From the IMG/VR virus record IMGVR_UViG_3300011115_000874, positions 96,799-160,798 of that record: DNA of 64,000 bases; one strand, given 5' to 3'. Every line of letters begins with the position of its first letter. Positions within the stretch are counted from its first letter, which is position 1. The position numbers and the translations under genes are program-made. Below, one piece after another: positions 9,991 through 17,698 of the stretch. The DNA is from a virus. The notes under the pieces were generated by a model. The model did no database searches. It was given only the letters and a program-made list of their open reading frames with translations, and had not been told where the DNA came from.

Positions 9991-10329
9991 TTAAGTTATT
10001 ACTAACGTGAATACTCCTGTTCCTTTTAATCTATAATTTGTCCCAGTAATAGCTACTGATGGGGTGAATGTAATAACTGTGGTTCCAGGTTGTATAACAG
10101 CTGAAGCAACATACGGGGTTTGTATAAATCCTGATAATGCGGGGGCAGACCATGATCCATTAGCACAAGCTTGAGGAATATTAATAAATGTTCCATTATT
10201 ATCTGGTATTGTTTCTAAAGTGAAATATGATGAACCACCAGTATTAGTAAAAGTAAATGTTTTTAATCCTAATAAGTTCTCTCCAACTGTTCCTATTCCG
10301 TATAATTGTGCTGATGTATAAGATGCCAT
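9991..10329 (-). CDS. small beta-rich Thr/Gly protein, possibly virion-associated
   Basis: Composition resembles the structural proteins; late motif at 10345-10352. Confidence 0.5.
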   Translation of the reverse strand: MASYTSAQLYGIGTVGENLLGLKTFTFTNTGGSSYFTLETIPDNNGTFINIPQACANGSWSAPALSGFIQTPYVASAVIQPGTTVITFTPSVAITGTNYRLKGTGVFTLVIT

Positions 10330-10354
10330 TATTTATTGTTTATCATAAATATGG

Positions 10355-10849
10355 TCACTTGTCTAGAAACTGTTTAAGATTAGGTCTAAAATAGTTTATT
10401 GATTTCATTACCTTACGATCTCGAGAGCGATATACTACATAGTAATCACCTTGTTTTTCATAATGGCAACGTTCACCTTGTTCTTGTTCTCTAAGACGAA
10501 CAGTGAAATTAGCTTCCTCTTCTGTCTTACAAGCTTTACTCATGTTTGAAGCTTGAACCTCAGCATACGCGGGTAAGATTTTATCTTTTAGACCATGAAG
10601 CATAGCTCCATTACCTAATGAAACATAAGTAATATCACAAAGTGCATCTAACACTTCTACAACATTTCCTGTTTCACAAGCGTGTTTATATTCCTCTAAT
10701 TCCTCTAGAATAAAATCATAAACAAACATCCATTCTTTTTTATCTGGGATAGTAGGTTCATAGTTATTTGGTTTACCCATTGTAGCGTTAAATTCCTCTA
10801 CCTCGCTAACAAATGGAACATAATTTTCTTTAGATTGAGACATGGCCAT
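10355..10849 (-). CDS. MazG-like / PRA-PH family NTP pyrophosphohydrolase
   Basis: ILEELEEY...EVLDALCDITYV, EVQASNMSK. Confidence 0.88.
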   Translation of the reverse strand: MAMSQSKENYVPFVSEVEEFNATMGKPNNYEPTIPDKKEWMFVYDFILEELEEYKHACETGNVVEVLDALCDITYVSLGNGAMLHGLKDKILPAYAEVQASNMSKACKTEEEANFTVRLREQEQGERCHYEKQGDYYVVYRSRDRKVMKSINYFRPNLKQFLDK

Positions 10850-11525
10850 TATTTATTTTAAGTGAATCAAAAAATTCTTTACGTGCTAAATTATCGTTTT
10901 CCATAAACACACCTGATGCTTTAGTAGTAACCATTGCAGCACCTTGATGTTTAATACCTCTACAACTAACACAATTGTGAGTTGCAACTACAGTAACAAT
11001 AACACCATGATTACCTTCACAAACTTTATTTACTGCTTGATGAATTGCTGCTGTTAATTGTTCTTGGATAGCACCTCTACGACCAAAGTGTTCTACAATA
11101 CGATTTAATTTAGATAAACCAATTACTCGACCTTCAGCACCTGCAATGTAACCAATATGTACTACACCTCTAATTGTTTGGTGATGGTGTGAACACATTG
11201 AAGTTAATTGAATATTACGTTCAATAATTACCCCATCATAACCATCCGATGGGAATGAAGTAATATCAGTAAATCCATTATAGCGACCAGCCCATAGATC
11301 ATTAACATATGCTTTAGCTACACGACGAGGTGTATCAGCAGAGTTAGGATCGTTTTTCCAATCACATTTTAATGCTGTTAAGAAGTTACCAAAATGTTCA
11401 GTTGCTTCTTCAATCATTTGTTGCTTTTCTTCATCCGTTAATGGGCGATCTAAAGCTGATCCATTTGCTAGACCTGTATTCACACACTCAATGTCGTTGT
11501 GAAATTTTCTTCTATTATTTTCCAT
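10830..11525 (-). CDS. folE: GTP cyclohydrolase I
   Basis: DTPRRVAK, SMCSHH, GLSKLNR, IQEQLT, HNCVSCRG. Confidence 0.97.
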   Translation of the reverse strand: MENNRRKFHNDIECVNTGLANGSALDRPLTDEEKQQMIEEATEHFGNFLTALKCDWKNDPNSADTPRRVAKAYVNDLWAGRYNGFTDITSFPSDGYDGVIIERNIQLTSMCSHHHQTIRGVVHIGYIAGAEGRVIGLSKLNRIVEHFGRRGAIQEQLTAAIHQAVNKVCEGNHGVIVTVVATHNCVSCRGIKHQGAAMVTTKASGVFMENDNLARKEFFDSLKINNGHVSI

Positions 11526-11530
11526 ATAAC

Positions 11531-11562
11531 CTAATATATTAATTTATTTCTAGACTGCCAAA
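11531..11562 (-). promoter_or_regulatory. -33/-7 type promoter upstream of folE
   Basis: TTTGGC...TATATTAG, 20-nt spacer. Confidence 0.72.
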
Positions 11563-12059
11563 ATATATGGCAAACTCCTTTTCTTACCTAAATCATCATC
11601 CATTCCAAACCCAACTACCCATTCATCCTCAAGAACAAAACCGTAAAGTGAACCTGTAGGCATATCTACTTCATTAATATAACGTTTAATTAAAGTGACC
11701 ATTTGAACACTTGCTGGGTCAAATTGGTAGAAATGATTTGCTAATGCATTCATTGTTATTCCTGAGTCGTAAATGTCATCTATAAGATAAACATGCTTAC
11801 CAGTTACATCTACTGATTTGTCTAGTATCATATTTAGGTCACCTCGTTCTTTACCTTCATATGATCTTACTTTTACAAAATCACATTCTGGATCTAGTGA
11901 GGATAATTTTTCAACTAGTTTAGAATAAAAAACAAACCCACCATTTAGTACACATACTAAAACAATAGGAATTTTTTCTGATTTATGGCGATTTAAAATT
12001 TGTGTAGCGATAGAATCAATTCTTGATTCAATAATTCTATTTTCAAATAATACTTTCAT
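11550..12059 (-). CDS. hpt: hypoxanthine/guanine phosphoribosyltransferase
   Basis: VLNGG, RSY loop, PRPP motif LIDDIYDSGIT, VVGFGMD, RSLPYI. Confidence 0.92.
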   Translation of the reverse strand: MKVLFENRIIESRIDSIATQILNRHKSEKIPIVLVCVLNGGFVFYSKLVEKLSSLDPECDFVKVRSYEGKERGDLNMILDKSVDVTGKHVYLIDDIYDSGITMNALANHFYQFDPASVQMVTLIKRYINEVDMPTGSLYGFVLEDEWVVGFGMDDDLGKKRSLPYILAV

Positions 12060-12318
12060 GTAATTCTTTTATTGAGTGTAATCCTGGGTAATGTTTAATT
12101 TTTCCTTTATTAGATAATATTACGTGTGGGTAATAATCTACTGAAAATGCTGTTTCTAAATCTGTGTCTTCATTAATAAAAATCATTTCGAATCCAAGTT
12201 TATCAGCAATTTCCTGGATCATAGGGCGAGCTACTTTACATCCTCCACACCATTCAGCATAGAAGAATGTGACAGTATTTTTTGTTTTAAGCGCCTCAGT
12301 TAATAATTTTTTATCCAT
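12043..12318 (-). CDS. thioredoxin-like protein
   Basis: FYAEWCGGCK, cis-Pro motif YYP. Confidence 0.88.
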   Translation of the reverse strand: MDKKLLTEALKTKNTVTFFYAEWCGGCKVARPMIQEIADKLGFEMIFINEDTDLETAFSVDYYPHVILSNKGKIKHYPGLHSIKELHESII

Positions 12319-13100
12319 TATACTTCTCGTTTAGTGTCAAATGCAATAATATGTTCTCTACCTGTAAAATTATAACCATTGTCTCTACAGAAATCCATCA
12401 CCATAGGATATACTCGAATTAATTCATCTCTTGTATCACCAGGAGGCATTAACCAAGTTTTACGTTTTGGAATATCCATCTCAACTCTAAATGCTTCAAT
12501 CTCAGTCCATGCTTCAGGCATTTCGATAGGATTGCAAACTGGTTTAAAATGATAGTCATAATGGTATTCTAATGTTTTTCTTATCGTTTCTTTATCCAAA
12601 CGGTGTTTATTATGTTGGTCCACCATTTTTTGGTCTGCGACTTTACCTTGCGGTGTAAGAGTCCCAATTGCAGGAACACTGTTACTGAACTTAGGACTAA
12701 GAGATATAAGGCCAATAGGGAAGTCAGTTTCAACGAAATGACTACCTTCTGTTTCAATTGTAATAAATAAGCCACGTTTTTCTGCTAAATGAGTTAATTC
12801 GTTTACTAGATCAGGATGCATTGTAGGTGAACCACCTGTTAACATCATTTCTCTAATATGAGGGTTATTGTCATAAATAGCTATAATATCATTAAATGTA
12901 TATTTTCCTTTCTCAGGATGAATACTTGTATACCAACTATCACACCACCCACCATCACCAAACCAACATCTATGAGTACATCCTGTAGTTCTAATAACTA
13001 CTGTAGGCATCCCAGCTCTACTACCTTCTGATTGTACAGCTGTATACAGCTCTACAATAGGTAATTTTTTATTATAGTCTTCTATTCTTCCTGGTTTCAT
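12318..13100 (-). CDS. queE: 7-carboxy-7-deazaguanine synthase (radical SAM)
   Basis: QSEG, RTTGC, LTGGSP, IETEG, LSPK; CX3CX7C cluster motif; cluster context. Confidence 0.92.
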   Translation of the reverse strand: MKPGRIEDYNKKLPIVELYTAVQSEGSRAGMPTVVIRTTGCTHRCWFGDGGWCDSWYTSIHPEKGKYTFNDIIAIYDNNPHIREMMLTGGSPTMHPDLVNELTHLAEKRGLFITIETEGSHFVETDFPIGLISLSPKFSNSVPAIGTLTPQGKVADQKMVDQHNKHRLDKETIRKTLEYHYDYHFKPVCNPIEMPEAWTEIEAFRVEMDIPKRKTWLMPPGDTRDELIRVYPMVMDFCRDNGYNFTGREHIIAFDTKREV

Positions 13101-13579
13101 ATTTCTTCGTAAATTGAGCTGTTATTATCATTTTCAAAACACTCTACTTTAATACATTTACAACGACCAGCATCTGTTTTAGCTAATACTTCATTAAAGT
13201 GTTCATACACTAAACGAGCATTACTTTCAGCACCCATCTTTTCTAAGAAATGTACTTTACATAGTCCTTCCATTTGCATTTGCTCAAACAAATCACGATA
13301 TGGATCATCTGCTTGAATTAATGTTGTATGATCCCACATATGGTCCATCCAATCCTTTAAGCCATTACCTTTAGGTGGTGTTTTAAATCCACCATAATCA
13401 ACAATCCAATTCATATCATCTAATTGTTCATCAATATTAGGTTCATTAGATGCAAACCATACTTTAAATTTTAAAGCATAACCATGTAATAGCTGGCAGT
13501 GTGAATGTGCTGCTTTATATTGTCTGATTGCTACTGAGTAGTTTTCAAATAATTTAGTTGATATATATCTTGTTGCCAT
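13097..13579 (-). CDS. queD: 6-carboxytetrahydropterin synthase
   Basis: HCQLLHGY, WIVDYG, DHTTL, AES, FEN. Confidence 0.92.
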   Translation of the reverse strand: MATRYISTKLFENYSVAIRQYKAAHSHCQLLHGYALKFKVWFASNEPNIDEQLDDMNWIVDYGGFKTPPKGNGLKDWMDHMWDHTTLIQADDPYRDLFEQMQMEGLCKVHFLEKMGAESNARLVYEHFNEVLAKTDAGRCKCIKVECFENDNNSSIYEEI

Positions 13580-13580
13580 A

Positions 13581-13835
13581 TTATTCTCCGTTTAACCAAT
13601 TAACAATTTGTGAGTGTGATTTTACTCCTGTAAAACGTCTTAATTCTTGTCCGTTTTCAGCTAGTACTACTGTAGGTACATTTCGTATATTAGCAACCTC
13701 TAGTATTGCTGGGTCAACATAATCAATATTTTGTTTATGGACTGGGATCTGTCTTGCAATTTCATCCATAATTGGGCCCAATGTCTGACATGGAGTGCAC
13801 CAATTTGCTGTGTAGTAGTATAATTCTTTAGGCAT
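13581..13835 (-). CDS. thioredoxin-like protein
   Basis: ANWCTPCQ, RNVPT, RFTG. Confidence 0.9.
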   Translation of the reverse strand: MPKELYYYTANWCTPCQTLGPIMDEIARQIPVHKQNIDYVDPAILEVANIRNVPTVVLAENGQELRRFTGVKSHSQIVNWLNGE

Positions 13836-13992
13836 TGTCTTCAGTTTCTGGATTTTGTCGTTGTAATTGTTCTTTTAGCATAGCCATAAATTTACGTTCC
13901 ATGACTAATTTATTTTTAGCAACAGTTTCATTACGCTTTGCAATACGTTTGTTGTGGGCTTTCTTACCACCTCGTTTTTTAGATGTTGGCAT
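13828..13992 (-). CDS. 54 aa basic hypothetical protein
   Basis: Not in the ORF track: MPTSKKRGGKKAHNKRIAKRNE...EDNA*, fills the gap and overlaps both neighbours. Confidence 0.7.
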   Translation of the reverse strand: MPTSKKRGGKKAHNKRIAKRNETVAKNKLVMERKFMAMLKEQLQRQNPETEDNA

Positions 13993-14791
13993 TATTATGA
14001 TTATTTAAAATTGTTTTTACATGTTCTACTACTGTTTCCCAACTTACTGGGCCTGTCTCATCAGCATATTCAACTGGATCTGGTTTGCCTAGTTTCATAA
14101 ATGCTTCAACTCGTTCTACAGATGATGCTGATTTATAATCGCTGTACCAGTTAAGAAAGTAATAAATTGGTTTATATGATGTATTAGTGCGCTTATACAC
14201 TTCATTAAAGTTTAAACCAAGTTTATTTACACATTTATCTCCATCTTCTAAAATACCAAACTTATCAGTATTAAGATAAGGAGTATAATGATATACTTTT
14301 TCAGCACCCCAGTTACCTGCTTTAAATGCTTCAAAATCAGCATCTCTAAATTCTTGACGACAGTCAGGATAAATAGCATGATCACCAGCATGAATACCCA
14401 TTGCGATAGCACATTCAGTATCTTTTTGTTCAGCAATTGATAATGCGACTGCTTGAATAATAGAACTAAATATTTTATTACGATTTGGAACTACTGTTGC
14501 TTTCATATTTTCTTCAGCATAATGTCCTTCAGGTACTTCTTCACCTCCAGTTACTAAAGCTGAGTTTAGTAGTTGTGATAATCCATCTAATTTAATTACT
14601 TGATGTTTTACATTTTGTCCTTTTTGATTTATGTATGATACTAAATCTTTAGCACGCTCTAATTCTACATTATGTTTTTGTTCATAATCGAATGATAGTG
14701 CTGTAACTTCATAGCCATTGGCAAGTAGATGAAGCAATAGTGTGGAGCTATCCATTCCTCCACTTAGTGATAACACTGCTTGTTTCTTCAT
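13979..14791 (-). CDS. queC: 7-cyano-7-deazaguanine (preQ0) synthase
   Basis: SGGMDS PP-loop, VPNRN, YPDCR..F; start moved to ATG 14791; lacks the C-terminal Zn-binding cysteines. Confidence 0.94.
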   Translation of the reverse strand: MKKQAVLSLSGGMDSSTLLLHLLANGYEVTALSFDYEQKHNVELERAKDLVSYINQKGQNVKHQVIKLDGLSQLLNSALVTGGEEVPEGHYAEENMKATVVPNRNKIFSSIIQAVALSIAEQKDTECAIAMGIHAGDHAIYPDCRQEFRDADFEAFKAGNWGAEKVYHYTPYLNTDKFGILEDGDKCVNKLGLNFNEVYKRTNTSYKPIYYFLNWYSDYKSASSVERVEAFMKLGKPDPVEYADETGPVSWETVVEHVKTILNNHNNANI

Positions 14792-14792
14792 T

Positions 14793-15056
14793 TTAACAAT
14801 ATTTTTTATATAAATTTTCAATAATTTCTATTTCTTCATTACTCATTGAGTAAAACTTTGAAGATAATCCAATTAATTTATCATGGAATTGAGATTCCAA
14901 TAATGATGTAGTTGGTGGGATATCATAACCTTCTAATTTGGTTGTTATGGTTGTATATCCATCATCTTCTAGCCATTCGGCCATTTTTTGTTTTTCATAA
15001 GAACCCATGTTATCATAAACATCATCTAAATCTACGTCAATACTAATCCAACTCAT
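14793..15056 (-). CDS. acidic hypothetical protein
   Basis: 87 aa ORF between the TGT-like gene and queC. Confidence 0.6.
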   Translation of the reverse strand: MSWISIDVDLDDVYDNMGSYEKQKMAEWLEDDGYTTITTKLEGYDIPPTTSLLESQFHDKLIGLSSKFYSMSNEEIEIIENLYKKYC

Positions 15057-15061
15057 AACTT

Positions 15062-15868
15062 TTATTTTACTATTTTATCTAAACGATTAATTTTTCTAAA
15101 TTTATTTACATTGTAATGTAAAGCATACCAGTTAATATCTTCAGGAGCGCGATTCATAACATGGTCAATTTTAGTAATTGGTTTTTCATCTAAACCATGT
15201 TCCTTATACATTTTATCTTCCATTGCAGCCATAATTGGATTTGAAGTATCTATACTTTCAATGAATGGGTAATTCTGGTGGAATAAAAACTCTTGAGGAG
15301 CAGCACATCCAAGTAAGTGAACTCTATCACTAGATTGAATAACATCGTTATTATACAACTTACCTATAACGTTTACTCGACCCATTGCAGTAGAAATTGC
15401 TGGTAGTGGGTGTATGAAATGGTTTTTATAATAACCCGCACCATATGAAAATGCTATTTTCTTATAACCTAATGCTTTGTATTTTAAATAACATTCAGCT
15501 GCTTCATCAATGTTAGTTGCTTGAACTACTGCTACTTTAGTAGTATAGTGAGGTAATTTAATTTTAGCCCATTCAACAGCATTATCAATAGATGCTTGCA
15601 TATCTTGCCATACATCAGGTACTATAAATTCATTTGGTTCAAAATAATTAACCCAATGTAATAGACGTTCTGTTTCATAGGCATGACCTAATTCATGTAA
15701 ACTATTATCCATGATAATATAACGACCATCTTTCTTTGCTTGATCAAAATACTTAAAGTATTCATACTCACTATCTAGTAAGTGAGGCAAACAATAATCA
15801 TAATCATTGAATGTTTGGGAAATGTTTAGTACTGCTAATGGTACTTCATGTGAGACTTTTACTTTCAT
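15062..15868 (-). CDS. TGT-fold guanine transglycosylase, DpdA-like
   Basis: Ordered motifs IIMDNS, VPD, VAVVQ, VHLLG, SIDTS parallel the TGT/DpdA barrel motifs; first gene of the que/folE operon. Confidence 0.75.
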   Translation of the reverse strand: MKVKVSHEVPLAVLNISQTFNDYDYCLPHLLDSEYEYFKYFDQAKKDGRYIIMDNSLHELGHAYETERLLHWVNYFEPNEFIVPDVWQDMQASIDNAVEWAKIKLPHYTTKVAVVQATNIDEAAECYLKYKALGYKKIAFSYGAGYYKNHFIHPLPAISTAMGRVNVIGKLYNNDVIQSSDRVHLLGCAAPQEFLFHQNYPFIESIDTSNPIMAAMEDKMYKEHGLDEKPITKIDHVMNRAPEDINWYALHYNVNKFRKINRLDKIVK

Positions 15869-15878
15869 AACTTATTAT

Positions 15879-15910
15879 TTAATATAAATATATCTTATTA
15901 TATAGCCAAA
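15879..15910 (-). promoter_or_regulatory. -33/-7 type promoter upstream of the DpdA-like/que operon
   Basis: TTTGGC...TATATTAA, 20-nt spacer; overlaps an ATATTTAT motif. Confidence 0.72.
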
Positions 15911-15919
15911 CTACCTTTC

Positions 15920-16441
15920 TTAATAAGGTAGATCATTTTCTGGTGTATTCTTTAGAAATGTTTTGTACTGGTTGATCAACTCTTCAGTAGTACCTTCAGC
16001 ATGTTCATAAATGAATGTATGTACTTGTTCTTTAGTACCACCAATCCAATGTCTTAGACTGTATTTTAGACTCTCCATTCGTTCTCGTTCATCACGTTCA
16101 AAATCTTTTCTTAGATTCTCAATACGTCTATTATACATTTTAATAGCATTACGTTCGTGTTCTTGTTTTACTTCAAAACCTTTATCACTGTTACGTATTT
16201 CTGCTATTTCTTCAGCCATCCACCAATACTCATAATTGATATACTTGGCATATGGTGAGTATTCAAAGTCACCATTTTTCATTTTTTCATCAATACGAGC
16301 TTTAGCTCCTAATGGCTTATGAATTGGGTAACGTCTATGCCAATAAAATACATTAAACTTAGCTAGTTTAGCTGGTTTAGGTGGTGCTTCAATGCCAAAT
16401 ATAGGATTGAATTCTTTTAAAACTTGTTCTACTGTAACCAT
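15920..16441 (-). CDS. hypothetical protein
   Basis: 173 aa ORF, no recognised motif. Confidence 0.6.
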   Translation of the reverse strand: MVTVEQVLKEFNPIFGIEAPPKPAKLAKFNVFYWHRRYPIHKPLGAKARIDEKMKNGDFEYSPYAKYINYEYWWMAEEIAEIRNSDKGFEVKQEHERNAIKMYNRRIENLRKDFERDERERMESLKYSLRHWIGGTKEQVHTFIYEHAEGTTEELINQYKTFLKNTPENDLPY

Positions 16442-16734
16442 TATTTTTCTATTAATTCACCCGCAAATACTTCTTCTAATAATTCCTCAATGTCAGGTAA
16501 GTCAGTTAACTCTCTAAAACGTTCAGCATCAAAATTAGGCTCTAATAATTGACCTTGATATTGAACTGTTCTAGCATTGGTTATTTCTTCTAAAGTAACA
16601 CCAATACCGTGAGGGAATTTGTCTACAGTCCTAATTGTGTAATATTTTCCTTTGATAGGACGATTAGGTACAGTTTCTATTGTCTTTTGTTTCCATGTAT
16701 CATTGATACATTCTACTAGTGCTCCTACTTTCAT
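16441..16734 (-). CDS. hypothetical protein (SH3-like MKVGALVECI start)
   Basis: 97 aa ORF directly after a promoter element. Confidence 0.6.
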   Translation of the reverse strand: MKVGALVECINDTWKQKTIETVPNRPIKGKYYTIRTVDKFPHGIGVTLEEITNARTVQYQGQLLEPNFDAERFRELTDLPDIEELLEEVFAGELIEK

Positions 16735-16738
16735 ATCT

Positions 16739-16770
16739 TAAATATAACAAAGAATGGCCCGAAGGCCAAA
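16739..16770 (-). promoter_or_regulatory. -33/-7 type promoter with embedded hairpin
   Basis: TTTGGCCTTCGGGCCATTCTTTGTTATATTTA. Confidence 0.78.
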
Positions 16771-16796
16771 CTTTAAATGTGATATGTTTTTAAATC

Positions 16797-17312
16797 TTAA
16801 AGATTTAATCTATTAAATTTCTTTGCTTTGTCAGCTATACTTTGAAGCATTTTAGTTTCACGAGTATCTTCTCCACCTTCCCATTGGTCTGATAGTTTTA
16901 CTATTTTATCCATCATTTGTTTATTGGGAACTTCATAAAATGTATAATAATCGTTTATATCATCTTTAAATATATCTTTAAACTTTTGTGTGAAATCATT
17001 TTTATCTGAGGCTTCTATCCCATGGAAATTACCTAACTCATCAGATTGGCCTTTAAAATTAACAATTATAAAGTATTTGTTTTTACCTTCTGTTTCATTT
17101 ATTGGATTTTCGTCTTTTGGATTTTCATCTTCAGGATATATTATATCCATAACAGCTTGTACATCAATATTAACTCCTAGTTGTTGTATTGCTTTAAGAG
17201 TATCCATAATGCCGTTTTGGTAAGCAGATGGAGTTTGTTCTTTACCTGGGTAATCAAATCCAAGTTCATTTAACTCTTCTTTGATGATTTGTTTTAGTTG
17301 TGATAGTTTCAT
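16797..17312 (-). CDS. putative capsid-internal protein, leader MKLSQLKQIIKEELNE
   Basis: Shared leader; body unrelated to its neighbour. Confidence 0.55.
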   Translation of the reverse strand: MKLSQLKQIIKEELNELGFDYPGKEQTPSAYQNGIMDTLKAIQQLGVNIDVQAVMDIIYPEDENPKDENPINETEGKNKYFIIVNFKGQSDELGNFHGIEASDKNDFTQKFKDIFKDDINDYYTFYEVPNKQMMDKIVKLSDQWEGGEDTRETKMLQSIADKAKKFNRLNL

Positions 17313-17672
17313 AATTTATATTTCTTCAACGTGTGATATGTTAAAAAATGTTTTACCTTCATTAGTAATAAAGTTAACTCGAAATGGCTTATCCATTGGA
17401 GCCCTTCTCTCATCAGCTGCTTCAATTACTACTTGATCTACAACACCACTACCTTGTTTAAGTCTAGCATCTCCTTTCCATGTAGAAAATTCTAAATTTT
17501 TACCTTTATACTCATTAGTATATTGTTTAGAAAGTTTAGCGTAAACACTAGGCATTATTCTTTCTACATCTACAGATATGTTGTATGTTACATCATTCCA
17601 TTGAGCGTTACTTTCTTCAACAGTTTTGTTAAACTCTTCTTTAATGAGTTGTTTTAGTTGTGATAGTTTCAT
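17272..17672 (-). repeat. 41-nt direct repeat encoding the shared leader (17272-17312 and 17632-17672)
   Basis: aactcttcttt(g/a)atga(t/g)ttgttttagttgtgatagtttcat, 2 mismatches, 360 nt apart. Confidence 0.95.
17316..17672 (-). CDS. putative capsid-internal protein, leader MKLSQLKQLIKEEFN
   Basis: Shared leader; late motif at 17690-17697. Confidence 0.55.
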   Translation of the reverse strand: MKLSQLKQLIKEEFNKTVEESNAQWNDVTYNISVDVERIMPSVYAKLSKQYTNEYKGKNLEFSTWKGDARLKQGSGVVDQVVIEAADERRAPMDKPFRVNFITNEGKTFFNISHVEEI

Positions 17673-17689
17673 TTTAAAAATAGTTTATT

Positions 17690-17697
17690 ATAAATAT
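17690..17697 (-). promoter_or_regulatory. putative late promoter motif ATATTTAT
   Basis: ATATTTATAATAAA upstream of the leader-bearing ORF pair. Confidence 0.65.
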
Positions 17698-17698
17698 A

